In this document: positions 10,202 to 19,211 of the stretch, piece by piece
Numbering within the stretch: the first letter of the stretch is position 1
Layout: each line of letters begins with the position of its first letter
Origin: Candidatus Kapaibacterium sp.
GTDB lineage: Bacteria; Bacteroidota; Ignavibacteria; Kapaibacteriales; UBA2268
Reading direction: 5' to 3'
Length of the DNA stretch: 64,000 nt
NCBI GenBank assembly: GCA_026418625.1
Contig: JAOABA010000030.1
Location: 8,764-72,763, forward strand
Program-made: the position numbers and the translations under genes
Notes under the pieces: model-generated
Told to the model about the DNA's origin: nothing
What the model saw: the letters and a program-made list of their open reading frames with translations, nothing else
Databases searched by the model: none

Positions 10202-10726
10202 ATGTTAAAAATATATATACACGGTTTAAAAGATGGAGAGTATGATATCCATCTTACAAGTAAAGTCGAAGAATTAAAGATTCTTTCGGAAGAATTCTTC
10301 GGAAATATAGTTTTTAATGGAAAAATGAGAATTATTGGTAAAAGATACACTATTAACGGGATTGCGGAATGTATGGCAAAATTTGAATGTGACCTTAGCT
10401 TAAGGGAGTTCGATTCAAATATTATTGCAAATATTAGTTGTTCTTATTTAGCCAATAACGAACTTTTTTATCTAAATAAAAATAACGGTAGCAAAGAATT
10501 CAGCGAAATGATAATTCACGAAGATGAAAAATATATAGATTTATCAACTGAAATAATTGAGGAATTAACGGTTAATATCCCAATGAAAAAAGTCCATCCT
10601 GATTTCGAGGGAAAAAATCTTGAAGATCTTTATCCTGAGTATTCAGCAAATTTGATTAAAGAGAATACAAAATTGGACAATGGCAGTTGGGATGCTCTCA
10701 AAAGTATTAAATTTGATGTAGATTGA
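10202..10726 (+). CDS. yceD: YceD/DUF177 family protein
   Basis: Directly upstream of rpmF-plsX; ECD.SL, IDL...I.E....IPMK, WDALK. Confidence 0.85.
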   Translation: MLKIYIHGLKDGEYDIHLTSKVEELKILSEEFFGNIVFNGKMRIIGKRYTINGIAECMAKFECDLSLREFDSNIIANISCSYLANNELFYLNKNNGSKEFSEMIIHEDEKYIDLSTEIIEELTVNIPMKKVHPDFEGKNLEDLYPEYSANLIKENTKLDNGSWDALKSIKFDVD

Positions 10727-10786
10727 CAATAAATTGATTTTTTATTCGATAAGACAAAGTTTATTTTAAAATATAGGAATTAAAAG

Positions 10787-10960
10787 ATGCCAAATCCAAC
10801 AAGAAGACATTCTAAGACAAGAAGAGACAAAAGAAGAACTCATTACAAGGCAGTAGCTGTTAGAAGTGCATCCTGTCCACAATGTGGTGCTCCCAAAGTT
10901 CCCCATAGAGCTTGCACCGAATGTGGCTATTATAATGGTAGGAAGGTTATTTCTAATTGA
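10787..10960 (+). CDS. rpmF: 50S ribosomal protein L32 (absent from ORF track; read manually)
   Basis: MPNPTRRHSKTRRDKRRTHYK...CPQCGAPKVPHRACTECGYYNGRKVISN, 57 aa, Zn-ribbon form. Confidence 0.96.
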   Translation: MPNPTRRHSKTRRDKRRTHYKAVAVRSASCPQCGAPKVPHRACTECGYYNGRKVISN

Positions 10961-10987
10961 TATTGTTAACAATCCAGTAGTTAAGTT

Positions 10988-12034
10988 TTGGATAAAAAGA
11001 AGTTCAGAATAGCAATAGATGCAATGGGTGGAGACTTTGCACCTATAAATGAGGTTCAAGGTGTAATTTCTGTGTTTGAAACAAAACCACCCGATTTAGA
11101 TATTGAAATCATCCTTATTGGCAATGAGAATAAAATTAAGGCATCAATTGAACAATTCGACAAAGGATTACTAAAAAATTCAAATTACTCCATCATACAT
11201 ACTGAGGAAGTCATCACTATGGATGATGATCCTACGGTTGCATTGAAAAAGAAGAAAAATTCTTCTCTTTATAAAGGTATTGAATTACATTGCCAAGGCT
11301 ATGCAGATGCTTTTGTATCTGCCGGAAACACTGGTGCTGTCCTATCAACAGCAACAATTCTAAATGGCAGAATTAACGGTGTTAGTAGACCAACAATCGG
11401 TTCATTTTTCCCAACAAAAAATAAATATCCATCTTTAGTTCTTGACGTAGGAGCTAACATTGATACAAAAGCAAGATACTTATATGAATTTGCTGTAATG
11501 GGAAGTATCTATACTACTCAAATGTTAGGTTTAGAGCATCCCAAAGTCGGTCTGCTCAATATTGGAGAAGAGGAAAGCAAGGGTAATGACACACTTCTTG
11601 AAGCTTATAGCCTTCTTAAATCAAGTAATTTAAATTTTATTGGAAATGTTGAAGGACGAGACATATTGCTTGGGAAAGCTGATGTTATTGTGTGTGATGG
11701 ATTCACAGGGAACGTAATTCTGAAATTTGCCGAAAGTGTTCTCGACTTATTTAAAACGAAACTCAAAAGCTTCGCTAGCAAAAATATATTAAATACTATA
11801 ATGTTAGGTTTATTAAAACCTGCTTTTAAAAAAGTCTTTGCTGAGTTCGATTATCAAAAATATGGTGGTGTTCCTATTTTGGGAATCAACGGTGTTGTCA
11901 TCATCGGTCATGGAAAATCATCACCAATGGCTATTCAAAATATGATTTACAAATCGATTGAACAAATTAAAAAAGATATAAACAAGAAAATAGAATACGC
12001 TTTAACCAAATCAATTTTATCAACTAACAATTAA
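10988..12034 (+). CDS. plsX: Phosphate acyltransferase PlsX
   Basis: IAIDAMGGDFAP, SAGNTGA, LDVGAN, LLNIGEEESKG, CDGFTGN. Confidence 0.96.
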   Translation: MDKKKFRIAIDAMGGDFAPINEVQGVISVFETKPPDLDIEIILIGNENKIKASIEQFDKGLLKNSNYSIIHTEEVITMDDDPTVALKKKKNSSLYKGIELHCQGYADAFVSAGNTGAVLSTATILNGRINGVSRPTIGSFFPTKNKYPSLVLDVGANIDTKARYLYEFAVMGSIYTTQMLGLEHPKVGLLNIGEEESKGNDTLLEAYSLLKSSNLNFIGNVEGRDILLGKADVIVCDGFTGNVILKFAESVLDLFKTKLKSFASKNILNTIMLGLLKPAFKKVFAEFDYQKYGGVPILGINGVVIIGHGKSSPMAIQNMIYKSIEQIKKDINKKIEYALTKSILSTNN

Positions 12035-12040
12035 TTTATT

Positions 12041-13024
12041 ATGCCAGCAATTATTACTTCAATAGCTCATTATGTGCCTCCTGATGTTTATACGAATGAA
12101 TATTTCGAAAAATATTTAGATACTTCTCACGAATGGATAATGGAAAGAACGGGAATAGCTGAAAGAAGATTTGCAAAGGAAGGAGCTAATTCCGACTTAA
12201 TTATACCAGCTGCAAAAGAATGTATGGAAAAAAGAGGTATTGGACCCGACGATATAGATTGCATTATTGTTCCTACCGTTACCCCCGATCATATGTTTCC
12301 CTCGACGGCATGTGTGGTGCAAAACAAATTGGGAATTAAAAAAGCTTGGGGTTTTGACCTTTCAGCTGCTTGTTCAGGCTTTTTGTTTGCATTAGTAACT
12401 GCTGCTAAACTTGTTGAAAGCGGTGCTGTCAAGAGATTACTTTTATGTGGATCTGATAAAATGAGTTCCATTGTCAATTTTGATGACAGAGCCCAAGCTG
12501 TTCTATTTGGTGATGGTGCTGGAGTTGTTTTGATTGAAAATTCAGATGATCCTAATTATGGATTACAAGATTTTATATTGCAGATTGATGGTTCAGGAGG
12601 TCAATACTTAAAGCAGGTTGCTGGTGGAAGCTTTAAACCTGCTTCTATTGAGACCGTTCAGAACAAAGAGCATTATATTTATCAAGATGGTCAAGCTGTT
12701 TTCAAAGCTGCTGTGAAAGGTATGGCTGATGTTTCAGTTGAAATTATGGAAAAAAATGGCTTGACAAGTGATGATATTGCTTGGTTGGTTCCACATCAGG
12801 CAAATTTAAGGATTATATCCGCCACTGCAAAAAGAATGGGTTTAGGAATGGAAAAAGTTATGGTTAATATTGAAAAATATGGGAATACAACTGCTGGAAC
12901 AATACCAATTTGTTTATCTGAATGGCATCAATCCGGAAAACTCAAAAAAGGGGACAAAATAATTTTAGCCGGATTTGGTGCAGGTTTTACTTGGGGTGCC
13001 ATTTATTTTATTTGGAATTTATAA
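12041..13024 (+). CDS. fabH: 3-oxoacyl-ACP synthase III
   Basis: WIMERTGI, DLSAACSGF, FGDGAG, PHQANLRI, YGNT. Confidence 0.96.
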   Translation: MPAIITSIAHYVPPDVYTNEYFEKYLDTSHEWIMERTGIAERRFAKEGANSDLIIPAAKECMEKRGIGPDDIDCIIVPTVTPDHMFPSTACVVQNKLGIKKAWGFDLSAACSGFLFALVTAAKLVESGAVKRLLLCGSDKMSSIVNFDDRAQAVLFGDGAGVVLIENSDDPNYGLQDFILQIDGSGGQYLKQVAGGSFKPASIETVQNKEHYIYQDGQAVFKAAVKGMADVSVEIMEKNGLTSDDIAWLVPHQANLRIISATAKRMGLGMEKVMVNIEKYGNTTAGTIPICLSEWHQSGKLKKGDKIILAGFGAGFTWGAIYFIWNL

Positions 13025-13067
13025 TTTCTCGATTTAGTTAAATTTTGTTCAATTAAATACATAATTT

Positions 13068-13991
13068 ATGAAAACTGCATTGCTATTTTCCGGACAAGGT
13101 TCTCAATACGTAGGAATGTTGAAAGACATTTATGATAAATTTCCTCAGGCAAAAGAACTTGTCGAAAAAGCTGATAACATTTTAGGTTATTCACTTAGCA
13201 CAATTTGTTTTGAAGGACCAATTGAAAAGTTAAAAGAAACAAGATATACACAACCGGCTATTTTTCTTCATAGTGCTGTTATCATAAGTCTTTTCAAAAA
13301 TATTTTGAGATTTGATGCAACTGCAGGTCACTCTGTCGGTGAATATGCAGCTCTTTATGCCTCAGATGTCATTGATTTTGAATCTGCTTTAAAGCTCGTT
13401 TCATTAAGAGGTGAATTGATGTTCAAGGCTGGCGAAATATTACCCGGAACTATGTTTGCAGTAATTAATTTAGCTGATGAAAAAGTAGAAGAAATTTGCA
13501 GAGAACTTACTGAAAAAGGAAATGGTAACGTAGTTGTGGCTGCGAATTATAACAGTCCCGGGCAGATTGTTGTCTCTGGATCTGCTGAATACCTTAGGCA
13601 GAATGTTCATAAATTTAAAGAAGCCGGAGCAAGAATTGTTACTGAATTAGTTGTCAGCGGAGCTTTTCATTCTCCACTTGTTGAACCTGCCAAAAACGAA
13701 CTTGAAAAAGCAATTAATAATCTGGATTTTAAGGATGCAAGTGTTCCTGTTTATAGTAACGTTTATGCTAAACCTTTAACAGCCGCCTCCGAAATTAAAA
13801 ATGCGCTAATTCTTCAATTAACTTCGCCTGTTAAATGGTCGCAAACACTTTTAAATATGAAAGTAGATGGCATTGAAAGATATATTGAAATAGGTCCCGG
13901 TCAGGTTTTACAAGGTTTAACCAAAAGAACTTTGACTGGGGTTGAAATTCTTGGAATAGATAAGGCTGAAGATTTAGAAAAATTTATTTAA
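13068..13991 (+). CDS. fabD: Malonyl-CoA:ACP transacylase
   Basis: FSGQGSQ, TQPAI, GHSVGEY, VSGAFHS, EIGPG. Confidence 0.96.
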   Translation: MKTALLFSGQGSQYVGMLKDIYDKFPQAKELVEKADNILGYSLSTICFEGPIEKLKETRYTQPAIFLHSAVIISLFKNILRFDATAGHSVGEYAALYASDVIDFESALKLVSLRGELMFKAGEILPGTMFAVINLADEKVEEICRELTEKGNGNVVVAANYNSPGQIVVSGSAEYLRQNVHKFKEAGARIVTELVVSGAFHSPLVEPAKNELEKAINNLDFKDASVPVYSNVYAKPLTAASEIKNALILQLTSPVKWSQTLLNMKVDGIERYIEIGPGQVLQGLTKRTLTGVEILGIDKAEDLEKFI

Positions 13992-14041
13992 AATATGTAA
14001 ATAATTTAATATATTTGTTTTCTATATATTTATAAAATTAA

Positions 14042-14785
14042 ATGGATAGATTAAAAGATAAAGTTGCAATAGTTACAGGTGGTTGTCGTGGAATTGGCAA
14101 AGCTATAGTTAAAAGATTTGCTGAGGAAGGCTCATTTGTCTATGCTCTCGATTATATACTTCCAAAAGATAATGAAGTTTTCATCGAAGATGAATCTATA
14201 AAAGCAAATGTTAAATGTATTCAGGTTGATGTAACCTCTGAAACATCTGTTAATAAAGCTATAGAAGAAGTTTTAAATGATAAAAAAAGGATAGATATAT
14301 TAGTTAATAATGCTGGTATCACAAGAGATAATTTAATACTTAGACTTAACGAATCAGATTGGGATGCAGTATTGAATACAAATCTCAAAGGAGCCTTTCT
14401 TTGTTCAAAAGCTGTAGCAAGAACAATGATGGGACAAAGGAACGGAAGAATAATTAATATCGGATCCATAGTCGGAACAATTGGAAATGCAGGTCAAGCA
14501 AATTACTCAGCATCAAAAGCTGGGCTAATTGGTTTAACTAAATCATTAGCAAAGGAATTTGCTTCAAGAAATATTCTTGTGAACTGTGTTGCTCCCGGAT
14601 TTGTTTTGACAGAAATGACAGATAAGTTAACAGACGAACAAAAATCAGCTTATTTAGTAAATATTCCATTAAAAAGAGGGGCAAATCCGAGCGAAATCGC
14701 TTCGGTAGTTGCATTTCTCGCTTCAGAAGACTCAAATTATATTACCGGACAGGTAATACACGTTGATGGTGGTTTAGCAATGTAA
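14042..14785 (+). CDS. fabG: 3-oxoacyl-ACP reductase
   Basis: [28 protein letters not shown]. Confidence 0.95.
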   Translation: MDRLKDKVAIVTGGCRGIGKAIVKRFAEEGSFVYALDYILPKDNEVFIEDESIKANVKCIQVDVTSETSVNKAIEEVLNDKKRIDILVNNAGITRDNLILRLNESDWDAVLNTNLKGAFLCSKAVARTMMGQRNGRIINIGSIVGTIGNAGQANYSASKAGLIGLTKSLAKEFASRNILVNCVAPGFVLTEMTDKLTDEQKSAYLVNIPLKRGANPSEIASVVAFLASEDSNYITGQVIHVDGGLAM

Positions 14786-14811
14786 TTTTTTTTAACATAT
14801 TAGGAGACATT

Positions 14812-15051
14812 ATGTCAGATATTAAAACAAAAGTAACAGATATTATCGTAAAAAAACTTGGTGTCGAAGAATCCCAAATAACAAATGAAGCAAACTTTAC
14901 AAAAGATTTAGGTGCTGACTCTCTCGATACTGTTGAGCTGATTATGGAATTCGAGAAGGAATTCAATATTACTATCGAAGATAGTGATGCTGAAAAAATT
15001 CAAACAGTTGGGGATGTCATAACCTACCTTGAGAGTAAATTAGGAAGCTAA
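14812..15051 (+). CDS. acpP: Acyl carrier protein
   Basis: [14 protein letters not shown] phosphopantetheine site. Confidence 0.97.
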   Translation: MSDIKTKVTDIIVKKLGVEESQITNEANFTKDLGADSLDTVELIMEFEKEFNITIEDSDAEKIQTVGDVITYLESKLGS

Positions 15052-15089
15052 ATTATTAATATAGCTTCGAATATTTTTATAGTAAAACA

Positions 15090-15158
15090 AACTGTGAATT
15101 TATTAATTTAGTTCTAATTAAGTTCATAGATAGAATTGAATTAAATAAATTCTCAGTT
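15090..15158 (+). promoter_or_regulatory. Long imperfect RNA hairpin between acpP and fabF; candidate RNase III processing site
   Basis: Arms 15090-15116 and 15131-15158 pair over ~27 bp including G-U pairs; no U-tail directly after stem. Confidence 0.45.
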
Positions 15159-15188
15159 GTGTATTTTTTAATAAATAAAGAGAAAATA

Positions 15189-16448
15189 ATGGCAAGATAT
15201 AATTACCCTAAAGTAGTCGTAACGGGAGTTGGTGCAGTTACATCTGTTGGAAATAATGTAGCTGACACTTGGGAAGCAATGCTACAAGGCAAGAGTGGCG
15301 CAGCACCAATAACCTCATTCGATGCTTCAGAATTTGATACTAAATTTGCCTGTGAAGTTAAGAATTTTGATCCTCTTTTGTTTATTAATCGAAAAGAGGT
15401 TCAAAGAATGGATAAATTCACACAATTGGCTATTGCCTCTGCATCTATGGCAATTGAAGATGCTGGTATTGACTTTGAGAAATTGAATAAAGACAGAATT
15501 GGTGTTATTATTGGTTCTGGCATTGGAGGGATGTGGACATATCATTACCAGCAGGAATTGCTCTACCAGAGAGGTGGCAAAGCCGATAGGATTTCTCCTT
15601 TTTTCATTCCAATGTTAATTTCTGACATCGCAGCTGGTCATATAGCAATTAGATGGGGTTTAAAGGGACCAAACTATGCAACAGTTTCTGCTTGTGCCAC
15701 ATCATCTCATTCAATTGCTGATGCTCTTATGCTTTTGCAAAGGGGAGACGCTGATATGATGGTTGTGGGAGGCAGCGAATCTGTTATTTGCCCTATGGGG
15801 GTTGGTGGTTTCAATGCTATGAAAGCTCTATCTACAAGAAATGACTCACCCGAAACAGCATCAAGACCATTTGACAAGGATAGAGATGGTTTCGTAATGG
15901 GGGAAGGCTCAGGAGTTTTAATATTAGAAACACTAGAACATGCAATGGATAGGGGTGCAAAAATTTATGCTGAAATTGCTGGAATGGGATTAACTGATGA
16001 TGCATTTCATATTACTCAACCTGCTCCCGGAGGTGAAGGTGCGGTTCGATCTATGAAGCTTTGTATTGAAGATGCTAATTTATTACCTACTGATATAGAT
16101 TACATTAATGCACATGGAACGTCCACACCTTTTAATGATAAAAATGAAACAGAAGCCATCAAAACAGTATTTGGTGATTACGCTTATAAGATATCAATTA
16201 ATTCTACCAAATCTGTTGTTGGTCATTTACTGGGTGCAGCTGGAGCAGTTGAAGCTATTACAACTGTTTTAGCCATTAAGAATAGTATTGTTCCCCCAAC
16301 AATAAATTATACAACACCAGACCCTGAATGTGATTTGGATTATACTCCAAATAAACCAAGGGAAAGAAAAATTAAAGCTGCTATCAGCAATACTTTTGGT
16401 TTTGGTGGACATAATGCTTCATTATGCTTCAAAGCTTTTGAAGAATAA
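15189..16448 (+). CDS. fabF: 3-oxoacyl-ACP synthase II
   Basis: VVVTG.G, SACAT, SRPFDKDRDGFVMGEG, NAHGTST, GHLLGAAG, FGFGGHN; ATG 15189 preferred over GTG 15159. Confidence 0.96.
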   Translation: MARYNYPKVVVTGVGAVTSVGNNVADTWEAMLQGKSGAAPITSFDASEFDTKFACEVKNFDPLLFINRKEVQRMDKFTQLAIASASMAIEDAGIDFEKLNKDRIGVIIGSGIGGMWTYHYQQELLYQRGGKADRISPFFIPMLISDIAAGHIAIRWGLKGPNYATVSACATSSHSIADALMLLQRGDADMMVVGGSESVICPMGVGGFNAMKALSTRNDSPETASRPFDKDRDGFVMGEGSGVLILETLEHAMDRGAKIYAEIAGMGLTDDAFHITQPAPGGEGAVRSMKLCIEDANLLPTDIDYINAHGTSTPFNDKNETEAIKTVFGDYAYKISINSTKSVVGHLLGAAGAVEAITTVLAIKNSIVPPTINYTTPDPECDLDYTPNKPRERKIKAAISNTFGFGGHNASLCFKAFEE

Positions 16449-16450
16449 AA

Positions 16451-17284
16451 TTGCAAATGAAAGATTTTTTAAATAATCTGTATAATGGAATTCTAAGATT
16501 TTCTCCATTGAGAAAACATTTAAGGGTTGTCTCGGGGGAAAAGGGTGTTTTTTCAAAACTTGGATATCTTGATAATACTAAAAAAGTTCAGCTTGAAAAT
16601 TTACTTGGTATAAAAATCAACAAAATAGAATATTTTGAGCAAGCTTTAACTCATCGCTCTTATCTTCACGTAATCGAAGATAATTCAATTTATTCAAATG
16701 AAAGGCTCGAATTTCTTGGTGACTCAGTTCTTGGGATGGTTGTTGCAGATTATTTGTTTTCCTTACATAGTGATGTGCTTGAGGGTGGCTTAACTAAAAT
16801 GCGTTCTTGGATGGTAAACAAAAATTCCCTCGTTGAATGTGCCAAAAGATTAAAGCTGAATGAGATGTTGCTAATGAGTTATAGTGCCTCAAAAGCGTTG
16901 GAGCAGGGAAGTGATTCAATCCTTGCCGATGCCCTTGAAGCCATTATTGGTGCTATTTATCTTGATTCAGGTTTGGAAACTACAAAGAAATTCATTATCA
17001 ATGTTTTAATTCCTATTATTGTCAGCCAAAATTATATGGTTGACAGAAATTATAAGAGCTTGCTTTTAGAAACTGTTCAATCGATGGGAAAAGAACCACC
17101 AAAATATATGGTTTTGGATGAAACTGGTCAAGACCACAATAAAGAATTTCTTGTTGGGGTATTAGTTGACTCAGAAATAATGGGAACTGGCTTAGGAAAA
17201 AGTAAAAAGCAAGCAGAGCAATTTGCTGCCAAAGAAGCTTTAGAAAAAATAAAGAAAGAATCTGATACTTTAATGACTTATTAA
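16451..17284 (+). CDS. rnc: Ribonuclease III
   Basis: ALTHRS, NERLEFLGDSVL, ADALEAIIGAIYLDSG, dsRBD G.SKKQAEQ.AA. Confidence 0.96.
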   Translation: MQMKDFLNNLYNGILRFSPLRKHLRVVSGEKGVFSKLGYLDNTKKVQLENLLGIKINKIEYFEQALTHRSYLHVIEDNSIYSNERLEFLGDSVLGMVVADYLFSLHSDVLEGGLTKMRSWMVNKNSLVECAKRLKLNEMLLMSYSASKALEQGSDSILADALEAIIGAIYLDSGLETTKKFIINVLIPIIVSQNYMVDRNYKSLLLETVQSMGKEPPKYMVLDETGQDHNKEFLVGVLVDSEIMGTGLGKSKKQAEQFAAKEALEKIKKESDTLMTY

Positions 17285-17297
17285 CAAAAAAATTGAT

Positions 17298-18746
17298 ATG
17301 GAAAAATTAATCTTTGAAAAAAGTAAACCGGGAAGAAAAGGTCATTTTATACCTAAAAATGATGTGCCTTTAACTAATCTAAAAGAAGAAATACCAGAGA
17401 AGTTTTTAAGAAAAAGTCCTTTGGATTTTCCTGAAGTAAGTGAAAATGAAATTGCTCGTCATTTTGTTCGCTTGTCTCACTATAATTATTCTATAGATCA
17501 AGGGTTATATCCACTTGGTTCTTGCACGATGAAATATAATCCAAAGGTAAATGAAAAAACTGCATCTCTTGATGGGTTTGCAAATTTACATCCTTGTATG
17601 GATGAAAAAAATGCTCAAGGTGCCCTGAGATTAATGTATGAATTAGGGGAAGCACTAAAAGAGATTACAGGATTGCAAGGCGTTAGTCTTCAGCCCGCCG
17701 CTGGTTCTCAAGGAGAACTTACTGGTATTCTAATGTTTAGAGCTTATCATCTTGACAGAGGTGATTTAAAAAGGAAGAAGATATTAATTCCAGACTCCGC
17801 TCACGGAACTAATCCAGCATCTGCCTCAATAGCAGGTTTCGAAATAGTCAACATCAAATCGAATCCCGATGGTAGGGTGAACGTCGAAGATTTGGAAAAA
17901 AACTGTGGCGACGATGTTGCCGGGTTTATGTTGACAAATCCTAACACAGTGGGTCTTTTCGAAAAAAATATTGTTCAAATTGAAAAATTGATTCACGGAT
18001 GCGGCGGTTTGATGTATATGGACGGAGCAAACCTGAATGCTTTGCTTGGTATTGTTCGACCCGGAGATATGAATTTTGATTGTGTCCACATTAATTTACA
18101 TAAAACATTTTCTACACCTCACGGTGGCGGTGGACCCGGTGCAGGACCTGTTTGTGTTAGTGAAAAATTACTTCCATACTTACCTGTTCCTCAAATTGTT
18201 TTAAATAATGGCACATATTCACTTAATGAGGAGAACCCCAAATCAATCGGAAAAGTTCACTCATTCTTTGGAAATTTTGGTGTATTAGTTAGAGCTTATA
18301 CTTATATCAGAATGCACGGTGGCAAAGGGTTATATGAAGTAAGTAAAAATGCTATTATAAATGCTAATTATTTGTTTCATTTACTAAAAAATGAATTCGA
18401 TGTTCCTTTTAACGAATATTGTATGCACGAATTCATTCTTAGCGGAGATAAACAAAAAGAGGCTGGAGCTTCTACCAAAGATTTAGCAAAAAGACTTCTC
18501 GATTATGGATTTCATGCACCGACTGTTTATTTTCCGCTTATTGTTCATGAAGCAATGCTAATTGAACCCACAGAAACTGAAACTAAGGAAAATCTTGAAG
18601 CTTTTGCAGCTGCTATGATTAAAATTGCTAATGAAATTAAAGAAAATCCAGAATTCGTAAAAAATTCACCTTATAATACACCAGTCAAAAGGGTTGATGA
18701 TGCTCTGGCAGCTCGTCAACTTGATATTTCATGGTATTCAAAATAA
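17298..18746 (+). CDS. gcvPB: Glycine dehydrogenase (decarboxylating) subunit 2
   Basis: YPLGSCTMKYNP, SAHGTNPASA, HINLHKTFSTPHGGGGPG, IEPTETE. Confidence 0.95.
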   Translation: MEKLIFEKSKPGRKGHFIPKNDVPLTNLKEEIPEKFLRKSPLDFPEVSENEIARHFVRLSHYNYSIDQGLYPLGSCTMKYNPKVNEKTASLDGFANLHPCMDEKNAQGALRLMYELGEALKEITGLQGVSLQPAAGSQGELTGILMFRAYHLDRGDLKRKKILIPDSAHGTNPASASIAGFEIVNIKSNPDGRVNVEDLEKNCGDDVAGFMLTNPNTVGLFEKNIVQIEKLIHGCGGLMYMDGANLNALLGIVRPGDMNFDCVHINLHKTFSTPHGGGGPGAGPVCVSEKLLPYLPVPQIVLNNGTYSLNEENPKSIGKVHSFFGNFGVLVRAYTYIRMHGGKGLYEVSKNAIINANYLFHLLKNEFDVPFNEYCMHEFILSGDKQKEAGASTKDLAKRLLDYGFHAPTVYFPLIVHEAMLIEPTETETKENLEAFAAAMIKIANEIKENPEFVKNSPYNTPVKRVDDALAARQLDISWYSK

Positions 18747-18755
18747 TAATAAAAT

Positions 18756-18790
18756 AGGCTGTTCTTTTAAACAAGAACAGCCTTACTTTA
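18756..18790 (+). terminator. Probable terminator after gcvPB
   Basis: aggctgttctt-6nt-aagaacagcct, then T-rich. Confidence 0.7.
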
Positions 18791-18910
18791 TTCCTCAAAA
18801 TATTCATTTTAAATCCTTAAGAATTTTAAATGTCAAAAGCTAAATTTTAATTCATCCGAGGTTCCTTCAAACCATTCATTTAAATTTTCTTCTTGATAGA
18901 TAGATATCAT

Positions 18911-18991
18911 TTAATTAAGAATTTAAATTTCAAATTTGACTTCAGAAAACTATTATGTCCGCCTTGGTAAATGGGTGGAGCGGTTTGTTAA
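18911..18991. repeat. 81-bp direct repeat, copy 1
   Basis: Identical to 20409-20489 by base-by-base comparison. Confidence 0.95.
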
Positions 18992-19169
18992 GATTGAATA
19001 GCCACTACTTTCAAGTAGTGGACTAAAAAAACATCTCTAATAGTTTCTTCTAGTAGAACAGAAATTCTCGTCTGCTCAAGGGATTTATATTTTAAATTTG
19101 TAATCAGATATTTAATATGTCTGTCTTGGTGATTGAGTGTTTGTAAAAAAATTGAAAATTAGGTTGTAA

Positions 19170-19201
19170 AAGTGGCTAATTTTACGTAAATTTAGCCACT
19201 T
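19170..19201. promoter_or_regulatory. 32-bp near-perfect palindrome over the putative promoter of the ATPase gene (candidate operator)
   Basis: aagtggctaa-t-tttacgtaaa-t-ttagccactt; TTGTAA at 19164 and TAAATT at 19187 are 17 bp apart. Confidence 0.6.
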
Positions 19202-19211
19202 ATTTATTCTA

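Noticed and set aside
10766-11059. 97-aa minus-strand ORF
   Set aside because: Antisense shadow of rpmF and plsX
18833-18910. 25-codon minus-strand ORF starting exactly at the edge of repeat copy 1 (MISIYQEENLNEWFEG...)
   Set aside because: No SD, no recognisable family; could be a gene remnant but cannot be supported
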